Source: Octopus vulgaris
Taxonomy: Eukaryota
DNA: 64,000 nucleotides
Reading direction: 5' to 3'
NCBI GenBank assembly: GCA_951406725.2
Contig: OX597821.1
Location: forward strand, 41,168,001 to 41,232,000
Position numbers and translations under genes: made by a program. Under the pieces are notes generated by a model that made no database searches, was not told the DNA's origin, and saw nothing but the letters and a program-made list of their open reading frames with translations. Positions 53,944-64,000 of the stretch are shown here, piece after piece. How positions within the stretch are numbered: position 1 is the stretch's first letter; every line of letters starts with the position of its first letter.

Positions 53944-54299
53944 TGATGGTCTCTAATTCAGTAAATGTCTTTATGATAATAATGTTCATCATAACAATGA
54001 TGTCACTCCACTGATGTTTTCTGTATAAAGATGATGCCTCTTTGGTGACGATTTCTCTGTGATGACGAATTTAAGTTGCTATCAGTTCCATGGTAAAGTT
54101 CTTCTTGTCATCTTGATGTCACTATTATGATGATGAAGACTCTACATGTTGCCTCTTGTAAGGATTCTTTTTCTATGCTGATGTTGTCTTCATTAATTTC
54201 TCTCTCTCTCCTCTCTCACTCTCTCTCTTTCTCCCTGATGAGGATGTCTCCATAATAAGGTTTACCCAATGACGATGATCTGTGGGATTATGTAATTGC

Positions 54300-54480
54300 T
54301 GTGCGAGTGGCATGTAAAAACATCCACTACACTCTCGGAGTGGTTGGCGTTAGGAAGGGCTGTAGAAACTCTGCCAGAACAAGATTGGAGCCTGGTGCAG
54401 CCATCCGGTTCGCCAGCCCTCAGTCAAAATCGTCCAACCCATGCTAGCATGGAAAGCAGACGTTAAACAATGATGATGAT
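54300..54480 (+). mobile_element. RTE 3' tail fragment
   Basis: cactacactctcggagtggttggcgttaggaagggc...ccaacccatgctagcatggaaagcagacgttaaac. Confidence 0.9.
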
Positions 54481-54654
54481 GTTATCAGTACAATGATATT
54501 GTCTCTGTGATGATCATATCTCTATGACACTGCCTCAATGATGAGAATTTCTTTATGGTAGAAATGTCACTTTGGTGATGTCTCTCTGATGATGATGTTG
54601 TTATCTCTAACAAAATAGTTCTTCTCTGATGTTTCTGTTATGCTATCTCTATGA

Positions 54655-55015
54655 CTAGCACTATGACCCAGCAACGTCAGGTCATAGTGCTAGTGCATGC
54701 ATATACAGCTGCGTGCGTGCGCACATACACGTGAGTACTGTCCAAATCTCCAACCAATCACATACAGCTAGCTGGCATTAAATTGGCGTATCAAGATCCA
54801 GGCATTTTGATTCGGTTTGGATAGAAAATTCACAAAAAAGTCACTTCTATTGATTTTTTAATAGCTTTGTGGAGTGATTGGGGAAATGTAAAGATGTGCA
54901 CGACCACCCTTGGACGGTTTTAAATGACCATAGAAAGTGCAAGCCCTCTAAATGAAAAATTGTGGATTTGTATAAAGGACACACACACAGATTTTGCCGT
55001 TTATATATAGAGAGA
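54655..55015 (-). mobile_element. Non-autonomous Helitron-like element
   Basis: Minus strand: A|TCTCTCTATATATAAA 5' end, sub-terminal hairpin, CTAG|T 3' end; inserted in an AT dinucleotide without TSD. Confidence 0.8.
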
Positions 55016-55549
55016 TAATGTTCTATTAATGATGATGATCATCATCATCGTCATCACTTCGATGACAACAATGACAAAACCGATGACAACAATAAAAATG
55101 ACGATGTCACCATTTTGATAGTTTTTCTCTCTGATGATTTTGTGATGTCATATTAATGATGATAATGTCACTTTGACCATGTTCTTTTGCTGTTGAGGAC
55201 GGCACTTCCATTATAATGGTTTCTGTCTGATGTCTCTTTGATGTTATATCTATGATGATAATGATTCACTGATAATGTTCTCTGTATGACAATGCTTCCA
55301 TGTTGATATAATCTCCGTGATAATATCTATACAAGAACCTCTTGGAAACTTTATATTTCTGCAGTGTGGTCAGTTCCAGGAATATCATATTTTTCAAAAT
55401 ATTTCTGTTAGAATTCCAATAAAAATGTTTTGACGCCTATAAAAGAATAACACTGCTTACAATTTTACTTTGCTTTTGTTGTTGTTGTTATTGTTCTGCT
55501 TTGTTTATTCTTCACTCATCATAAATGCTTTCAATATTTTTCATTACCA

Positions 55550-56470
55550 AAGGTGTCATGCTGGCAGAAACATTAGCATGCCGAGTGAAATACTTAGTGG
55601 TATTTCATCTGTCTTTACATTCTGATTTCAAATTTCACCGAGGTCGACTTCGCCTTTCATCCCTTGAGGGGTCAATAAATTAAGTACCAGTTGCACACTA
55701 GGGTTGATCTAATCGACTGGCTCCCTCCCCAAAAATTTCGGGCCTTGTGCCAAGAGTAGAACAGAATATTATTCATTACCAAAGGCAGCGAGCTGGCAGA
55801 ATCATTAGCATGCTGAGTAAAATGCCAGTTGGCATTTTGTCCATCTTTAGATTCTTAGATAGAAATTCTACCAAGGTATATTTTGCCTTTCATCCTTTGA
55901 GGGCTGATAAAATAAGTACCAGTTGAGCATGGGGATCGATGTGATCGACTTATCCCCTGCCCCAAAATTGCAGGCCTTGTGTCGAAATTTGAAATCAATA
56001 TTATTTGCACCAAAGGGAGTTCAGCTGACAGAATCCTTAGCAGACCAAACAGAAAGCTTAGCGGCATTTCGTCCTTCTTTACATTCTGATTCCAAATTCT
56101 GCCAAGGTTGACTCTACCTTTCGACCTTTTGGGGGTTGATACAATAAATACCTGTTTCAGCACCGAGGTGGATGAAACTGACTTAACCCCTTGCCCCAAA
56201 TTGCAGGCTTTGCACCAAAATTTGAAGCCAATTTTATTTTTTACCAAAGATGGTAATCTGGCAGAATTGTTAGCTTGCTGGGAAAATTGCTTCACAGCAT
56301 TTCATCCATCTTTTAGTTCTGAGATCTAATTCTGCCAAGTTTGACATTGCCTTTCATCCTTTTGGAATCAATAAAACAAATACCAGTCAAAAACTGGGGT
56401 CAATGTAATTGACTAGTCCCCCTCCCCCCAAAATTACTGGCCTTGTGACAAAATTTGAAATTACTATTAT
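55550..56470 (+). mobile_element. Head-to-tail array of four SINE family B copies (period about 232 bp)
   Basis: Units start at about 55550, 55782, 56013 and 56247, each preceded by (att)accaaag. Confidence 0.9.
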
Positions 56471-56526
56471 GCATCACAAACATAGTAATTAAATAAAGGA
56501 TTTTTTATCCAATTAAATGAAAGATA

Positions 56527-56825
56527 TTTCGTTTTGGATTTGATTTGCAAGATTCTTTACATGAGTTCGTGTGTTGAAGCATATTCTGTTGTGTCTGGGG
56601 AGAGTCATTTTCTTTTTGTGCCTTATTATATAACACACTCACCCTTTTGTGACTTATAATATAACACACTCACCGGTAAAATTTCCACTAAAATTATTGA
56701 AAAGGTTGCAAGACGCAACGAAAATTTTAGGAGAATAAAAATTAGAAATAAGTGGAAATTTTAGTGGTGAGTGTCTTACATTATAAGGCACAAAAAGAAA
56801 ATGACTTTCCCCAGACACAACAGAA
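56527..56825. mobile_element. Rearranged MITE forming a fold-back
   Basis: Left TIR and body to aaatttccact, then an inverted body copy ending ccccagacacaacagaa; internal tandem duplication of about 30 bp at 56614-56673. Confidence 0.8.
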
Positions 56826-57379
56826 AATGAAAGCTGTTTTCAAATTACATTGTAGCTAACTTATGTTTGTTTGTTTTTTTCAACTGTGTAACCAAATCTA
56901 AGGAATTGGTTGCAGCATTCTGTGTCTTTAATCTGTCCACTTCAATCTTGGTGAAAGAGAAAAGCAATAAATAATTGAAATAAATATGGTTATTCATTTC
57001 ACTTGACTTCGCTGAATTATAGAAAATGTCGAGTAAATAGTTTTGATTTAATGATCTTTCCCAACTTGTCATAACAATTTTTGGCCATTCAATGGAGACA
57101 TTTCCAGTATCTGCAACAGAATCTCCAGATATTATCATTCATTCATACATTTATTCATTCGCTCATTCATTTGTTCATTCATTCATTCATGCTGATTCTG
57201 ACTGATCACTGATAACTGATAATGATCGGAGCAAAATGTGTCATCAATATGGCAACAAACTGACCAGAACGAATTCACATTGGCATTTTCATGCTTCGTA
57301 AAACACATCACCTCAGTAGACAGGAACAGTTTGCTGAGCTTTCTCCAAATCACCACACATACATACATACTTATGTGTG

Positions 57380-57410
57380 TGTCTATATATATATACATAT
57401 ATATATCTTC

Positions 57411-57447
<37 letters not shown>

Positions 57448-57526
57448 GTGTGTGTGTGTATGTATGTATGCAAATATACATATATACATATATTTATCAA
57501 TCTATCTATCTATCTATCTATCTATC

Positions 57527-57563
<37 letters not shown>

Positions 57564-58087
57564 GTGTATGTACATATATATATACTCATATGTATATATA
57601 TATATATACTCATTTATATATATATATATATATGCATATATATATAGTCATATGTATATATATATATACTCATTTATATATATATATACATGTATATATG
57701 CACACACGCACACCCACCTATATCCCTAACTTTATCCCTCCTTATTTCTTAATCCCTCCTTTTCTTCTTCATTTGCCCTTTATTTCTCCTTTTATATATT
57801 TTCTCCCCTCATCTTCTGTGAACCCCTTCACTCATCTCCTTCCTCACTAACCAGCATCACTTTATTTCAGTGTGCATTCTCCCTCTCTCCCTCTCTCCCT
57901 CTCTGTTTCTCTGTATCTCACTTTCTCCCCCCGCCGCCCTCCCTCTCTCTCTGTTCATGCTCATCTCTGTATTTTCTTTTAAAATTAGAAATGAATTAAC
58001 ATCTTCCCAGTGAAAGGATAAACTAAATAAATGGAAAACAAACAAACTGATGGAAAGGAAAACAACAATAACATCAACAGTAACAGC

Positions 58088-58122
<35 letters not shown>

Positions 58123-58795
58123 TAATAATAATAATAATAAAAATAATAAGAAGAACAACAACAACAACAATAACAACAACAAAAACAACAACAATACTAA
58201 AATTAAGAAACAAAATATTGGAAAATATCTCTAAAATCTACAGTTTCTCAAATGAGGTATTTATCTAGTTTCCCTTCCAGGTATACTTTAGATGAAGGGT
58301 ATTAAATAATGGGGGAGATGTTCAGGAAAAATATTGATAACAATCGAAGAGAGGGAGAGGAAGGGAGAGGGACAGAAAGAGGGGGAGAGAGAGCGAGAGA
58401 AAGGTGGAGACAGGGAGAGGGTGAAAGAAAGATGGATGGACCAAAAAACAAGGAAAGGAAAGAAGGACGTCAGAGGAATATAGTGAGAGGTAAGTATGGA
58501 TGTATACAGATATGGAAACGTGTGTGTGTGCATGTGTGTGTGTATGTGTGTGTGCGTGTGTGTGTGTGAGTGTGTGTTTGTGTGCATGTGTGTGTGTCTG
58601 TGTGTGGAGTGTGTGATAGGTGATAAAATGAAAGGTAGGATGATGTTAAGGACAAACATTGATAGGAAATACACACACAAGGAAAGAAGATGGAGATTGA
58701 GGAAGAGGAAGAGGAGGAGAGAAGAAGAAAAAGAAGAAGAACAACAAGAACAACAACAACAACAACAACAACAACAGCAACAACAACAACAACCA
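57380..58795. repeat. Low-complexity field: (TA)n, polypyrimidine, (AAT/AAC)n, polypurine, (TG)n, (CAA)n
   Basis: Direct reading. Confidence 0.85.
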
Positions 58796-59353
58796 AAAGG
58801 GACCAAACAAGGAATTGTAGAATATTAATATAAATTCCAACATCTTCAACTAGATTTCAGATCCATAGAAACCGTGTTAATAATACTAGTAACTAAATTC
58901 TTGCCATCTTAACTGTTGACACTGAATCTTCGTAATGTGTTGTTCAATATTACAATGATGTATAAAAAAAAAAATATATATTTATTTACTGAACAACACT
59001 AATATTCAAAAACGCAATGATAATAATAATAAAAAAACTGAACATTATATGGTATGGCTCTCCATATATTTAATATGTTCATTCCAAGGCTGCTATGATT
59101 TTTCTAAATGTTATAAATAAGCATTTCCCACCTGAATGCAATTATCATAAAATGTTTAGTAGAAATAATGTGGAAGTGAGCTTTAGCTGTACAAAAAACT
59201 TGCTGCTTCCATATGCGATGCAAACTGAAAGCTTTCCAGTATGAACATGCAACAGGCACTTTTCTTGTCTAAGTGATTGCATCCTTTAAATGGCGTTAGG
59301 TCATTGAGTTAATGTTTTTCTAGCAAATAACAGTGAAATAAAAATCCATGTAG

Positions 59354-59772
59354 AAGGTATGGCTGTACGGTAAGAAGTTTGCTTCCCGATCACAAGGTTC
59401 AGTGTTCAGTCCCATTTCGTGGCACCTTGAGCAAATGTCTTCAACTATATCCTCAAGTCGAGCAAAGCCTTGCGAGCGGATTTGGTAGGTGGAAACTGAA
59501 AAAAGCCCCTCATATATGTGTGTGTGTATGTATATTTGTGTGTGTGTGTTTGTCGCCCACTATAGCTAGACAACCGGTGCTGGTTTGTTTATGTCCTCCT
59601 AACTTAACCATTCAGCAAAAGGACCGATAGACTAAGTATCAGGCTTCAAAACACAAAACAATTAAGTACTAGGGTCGATTCTTTCAACTAAAAATTCTTT
59701 AAGGTTGTGCCCCAGCATGGCCGCAGTCTAATGACTGAAACAAGTAAAAGGGTAAAAGGTAAAAGGTAAAAA
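59354..59772 (+). mobile_element. SINE family A, near full length
   Basis: ggtatggctgtacggtaagaag head to ccagcatggccgcagtctaatgactgaaacaagtaaaag. Confidence 0.9.
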
Positions 59773-60549
59773 GGTAGAGTTTGTATAGAATATGTTTGCA
59801 TTTAGAAACCAAAAAGACACCTTACTACTTCACTCTCCAAATATATCTGGACTTTAAAGGGTTAAACTAATAACAATAGATCAAAGAAGAACACTAAAGG
59901 AAGGCCATAAGTATTCGCAAAAGATTCTATCTTCTCTCACATGGTCATCGCGTCCCAGGAGTAGTTGCTCAATGTGTTTCACGATCACATGATGCCAAAT
60001 GTGGACGTCTAGCTCTCCTGATTTGGATCACCCAGATTACAGTGTCTGGATATCATCATGAGACCGATCGACCGACTGACCGACAAACAGACAAACAGGT
60101 AGGCAGGCAGGCATGCAGAGAGACAGACAGACAGAGGGAAGGAGAGAGAGCGGACCAGCTGGCAGCTCCGTAAAAACCTGAATAATCTGTCACTTAAACA
60201 TGTATTACATTTCCCTGGAACTAGTTTGCCTTCTTTATTGAATATCCTCATTTTTTTCTTATTCTGTCCTCAACTACCTGGCGCACTTGCTTATATGTAG
60301 ACAAGTGAACATATATATATTTATTTCTTTATAATAAAGAAGTTTGAAAACGCCACTATATAAGATGAATTTTAATTTTCTTAGAAATTTTACATGTTTC
60401 AGTTCTTCTTGAAAAAACGAACCTTATCAAAAATATTTTTAAAAGTTAAGTGTAATAAAAAAGTTCATAATTGTTTCTTACTAGTCTCAATAGAATCTAC
60501 GTGGTGGTTTTTTGTGGGGGAGAGCATAATAGCTGTCTTGTGTGTTGAC

Positions 60550-60631
<82 letters not shown>

Positions 60632-60633
<2 letters not shown>

Positions 60634-61620
60634 CAGGAAGCTTTATGAAAATAGACAAAAGACGAAGGCAGGTGGAAAACAAACAAACAATTGTATTAGT
60701 ATGGCGCTCAGGAAATATAAATAAAACAAGTCTTTAACGTTTCGAGCCTACGCTCTTCAACAGAAAGATACACAGAGAGAAAAAAAACACAGAAAGAAGG
60801 AGAGAAAAAAAATGCGTGCAGTAACTAACGAATCAACATGGCGATCTGATTTCTGCCAGAAGTCAAAGATCAAACATGAGACGCGAGAGCGAAATAAGGG
60901 GAGATAATAGGGTTGATAATAGGGTTGAATGACCACCTATTAGTGCGTAGGAGGGGTCTGGACGTGTGTATGTATAGGGTTGGTGTATGTATTAGTATGT
61001 ATTAGTATGTATAAGGGGTGTGTGTGTGTGTGTGTATGAGAGAGTATTAGTGCGTAGGATAGGTCTGGACAGGCGTATGTATGGGGTTGGTGTATGTATT
61101 AGTATGTATTAGTATGTATTAGTACGTATTAGTATGTATAAGTGTGTGTGTGTGTGTATGAGAGAGTATAAGTGCGTATGAGGGGTCTGGACGTGTGTAT
61201 GTATAGGGTTGGTGTATGTATTAGTATGTATTATTAGGTATTAGTACGTATTAATATGTATTAGTTGGTGTATGTATTAGTATGGCACATCATATATGAT
61301 GTGATGTGTAAAGTCGTGTGGTGTAGTGAGGAGAAGAGGGGTAGGGGAGAAGGGGAGGGGAAGGAGAGGGGGGAAGAGGAGAGGAGGGGGAGAAGGAAGG
61401 GGATGAGGGGGGGAAGGAGGAAAGAGGAGGAGGGGGAGAGAGAAGGGGAGTGAGGGAAGCTGGGAGGGAGAAAGAGGGAAGAAGGGAAGGGGAGTAGGGG
61501 TGAAAGGATGAAGGACTGAAGAAGTAGGGGTCGGGGGAAGGATAGGTGAGGAGGGGGAGAGGGGGGTTAGATGAGGAGGGGGAGAGTTGAGACCAAATGG
61601 CGTATAAGAGCGAAGATATA
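60632..61620 (-). mobile_element. PLE-type 3' region / pseudo-LTR: pyrimidine-rich tract, three tandem units of about 110-120 bp, hammerhead
   Basis: Tandem units start at about 60938, 61046 and 61167; G-rich polypurine (plus strand) at 61330-61590; hammerhead at 60731-60768; ggcgctcaggaaa shared with the 45350 element; flanked by (TA)n. Confidence 0.65.
60731..60768 (-). ncRNA. Minimal hammerhead motif with a CUGUUGA core variant
   Basis: TCTTT CTGTTGA A GAGC GTAG GCTC GAAA CGT T AAAGA: perfect stems I and II, A6 replaced by U. Confidence 0.72.
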
Positions 61621-61624
61621 TATA

Positions 61625-61825
61625 TGCAATGGCCTAGTGGTTAGGGCAGCGGACTTGCGGTCGGAGGATCGCGGTTTCGATTCCCAGACCGGGCGTTGTG
61701 TGTGTTTATTGAGCGAAAAAACACCTAAAAGCTCCACGAGGCTCCGGCAGGAGGTGGTGATCCCTGCTGTACTCTTTCACCACTCTAAAGGCGGTGCTCC
61801 AGCATGGCCGCAGTCAAATGACTGA

Positions 61826-61830
<5 letters not shown>
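61625..61830 (+). mobile_element. tRNA-headed SINE (family D) joined to the last ~45 bp of family A
   Basis: A-box TGGCCTAGTGG, B-box GGTTTCGATTCC; from about 61784, ctaaaggcggtgctccagcatggccgcagtcaaatgactgaaacaa matches the family A tail. Confidence 0.8.
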
Positions 61831-61869
<39 letters not shown>

Positions 61870-61870
<1 letters not shown>

Positions 61871-62330
61871 TATTAAATTAGAGACAAAACCACTATTAGG
61901 CAAATCAAACAATGAAAGACTTAAGCCAATACATATGATTAATTTATATTATTTAAATATGTAACAATTATTAAAAAATATAATTAATATCCACTACGAT
62001 CGTTTCCTGCCTGCTGTCTTAAAATTTTTGAGTCGCAGTCATTCATCAGGTGGTTTCAAAATTTTTCTTGGCGAGTTTTAAACAATGAACTATTTAAAGA
62101 CAGCAGGCAGGAAACGATCGTAGTGGATATTAATTATATTTTTTAATAATTGTTACATATTTAAATAATATAAATTAATCATATGTATTGGCTTAAGTCT
62201 TTCATTGTTTGATTTGCCTAATAGTGGTTTTGTCTCTAATTTAATATAATATAATATTTTACTATAAAATTAGATTCAATCCTAAATCTGATTTTTCCCT
62301 GTAAGTTTGGATTTATTCCCTAATATTTAT
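61870..62330. mobile_element. PLE-type fold-back insertion with 151-bp apparently perfect inverted arms
   Basis: 61870-62020 vs 62097-62247; the right arm continues to the terminus tttttccctgtaagtttggatttattccct. Confidence 0.88.
61991..62053 (-). ncRNA. Type I hammerhead motif, intact core, GUA triplet
   Basis: CCAC CTGATGA A TGACTGC...GCAGGCA G GAAA CGATCG TA GTGG; palindromic stem III ACGATCGT. Confidence 0.8.
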
Positions 62331-62394
62331 TATATAATAGAAATATTAAAATTACTAAGTCTCTCTAAAAGAGAACAACGGCAGCGTTCTCGGA

Positions 62395-62628
62395 AAATAA
62401 TAGTTATCGCCATACTAATATGGCATTCTTATAAAAATAAGAATAAAGCTGTCCGCTTATTAGCTCCATGAGGCCATCGCCTTAAGTTAGCTATTTGATA
62501 CACAAACTGTATCCATATAACCTTCGAACAAGCTAACTTAAGGCAATGGCCTCATGGAGCTAATAAGCGGACAGCTTTATTCTTATTTTTATAAGAATGC
62601 CATATTAGTATGGCGATAACTATTATTT
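62395..62628. repeat. Inverted repeat, 98-bp arms, 38-bp spacer
   Basis: 62395-62492 vs 62531-62628, one mismatch seen. Confidence 0.92.
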
Positions 62629-63212
62629 ATTATATATATATATATATATATATTTATATGTATAAAAGGAAAAGTCTCAATTTTTGGCTGCTATTTCTAA
62701 AAAGCTCGATGTGTGGTAAAGTAAATTATTTTACTTTACCCTATTTTTATAAATTAATATTTCAAATACACCGTAAATGGTCTTTTTACATACCGAACAC
62801 TGCTCGGTCGAATTGATTAATAATTAATTAATTCTACCCTTTTTTATTGACTATATATATATGTATGTATGTCTGTATGTATGTATGTATGTATGTATGT
62901 ATGTATGTATAATTTAAAATACACATTAAGTACAGGATATCACCAACGAATGAAAAATACGTAAACATGCAGAGATAAGTACAGGACAAAATACCAAAGG
63001 AAATCTAACTCCTTCTCAGTTGTCGACTGTTTATTACTTATCTGTTTCGAGCTTTCAACAACAAGACAGGAAATTTCCATAAAACAGCAGCATCCAGAAA
63101 TTTTTAAAAGGTAAAATTTATAGTGAGGTTGGGCTTCAAACGAACAAACGACACCAGAGTGGATGTACAGAGTAAACGATCAACGAAGACAGACACAAAG
63201 GGCCGTTAGGCC

Positions 63213-63350
63213 AAGACGAATTGTAATGGGTAACACCTGGGAGAAACTCTGAAAGGATTTAGAATAAATAGAAAACTATTATTTTTCTCTTCTATTTATT
63301 CTATATCCTTTCAAAATTTATCCCAGGCGTTACCCATTAAAATTCGTCTT
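63213..63350. repeat. Imperfect inverted repeat, about 60-bp arms
   Basis: aagacgaattgtaatgggtaacacctggga... vs ...tcccaggcgttacccattaaaattcgtctt. Confidence 0.85.
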
Positions 63351-64000
63351 TGTCTTCTATATATAATGGATGGTGCACCCCTCAAATTGGGATTAGTTCA
63401 GATCATTGAAGCAAACCATGTTTATGTAGTTATGTGTGAAATGTTAGAAGCTGGGAGGGGAGGATTTCAACAGGTAACATAAGACCGTATTATTTTTCCA
63501 CCCGTAGTCAATATGGCTTTCAAGAAATGACAAAACTGTGAATGTAGATATTATAACTTCCCTTGATGAAATAGCAATGACGTTTTAAGATTATTGATGG
63601 TGGACCCCTTTTTGAACATGACCCTAGAAATCAAGAAACTTCTTTCAATAATTTGAACATATTACGTGTCTTAACATATGACTTACGCATATTTTATTTC
63701 AATGGAGAGACTGGATGGCAACGAAGACTGACGTTTAATCATGAGTTAATTGATAACATCAGGTGCAATAATATTCCTATATTTCAACATGAAATTGAGT
63801 TGCCGAAAAAACATTAAAAGAAAATATAACGCTCTTGTGTACAGCGGAAAATTATTTTAACACTCCATTACCGACTTCCATTTTTAATTTGAGCGAATCA
63901 GTTGGATTATCTGAAATATTAACAAGGGGATCTCAAAATTGAAAAATATCAAAGATTTACCAAAGATTTCCATTGCCAGTGATGCAGAAACTCTTGTAAG

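Noticed and set aside
55550-56470. Regularly spaced repeats suggestive of a CRISPR-like array
   Set aside because: Eukaryotic context, units are ~220-bp SINEs, no cas genes.
58244-58280. Exon-like segment loosely resembling 1751-1780
   Set aside because: 37 nt (frame-shifting) with a weak donor GTATAC.
63670-64000. Protein-like plus-strand readings at the window end
   Set aside because: Broken by frameshifts and stops, no recognisable motif, truncated by the window edge.

Overview
AT-rich, microsatellite-saturated eukaryotic DNA, most likely intronic or intergenic cephalopod (Octopus-like) sequence; the taxon is inferred from repeat style only. No intact protein-coding gene is supported, and nearly all track ORFs are translated microsatellites. 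The window is a transposon graveyard: two abundant tRNA-derived SINE families plus two minor ones, RTE LINE 3' fragments, CR1/L2, R4/Dong and L1/Tx1-like remnants, Tc1 (DD34E) and maT (DD37D) remnants, a non-autonomous Helitron, MITEs and a Penelope-like (PLE) RT/GIY-YIG remnant. It also holds a U6 snRNA pseudogene fused to a SINE and a retroposed tRNA-Ile(AAT) with a 13-bp TSD. The main signal is at least seven type I hammerhead-ribozyme motifs with palindromic stem III, in several unrelated short elements mostly embedded in (TA)n tracts and often in fold-back or tandem arrangements. One sits in the tail of a tRNA-headed SINE-like element, a candidate Pol III-transcribed, ribozyme-bearing, PLE-mobilised retroelement. 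All coordinates were read by eye, and repeat boundaries are approximate.
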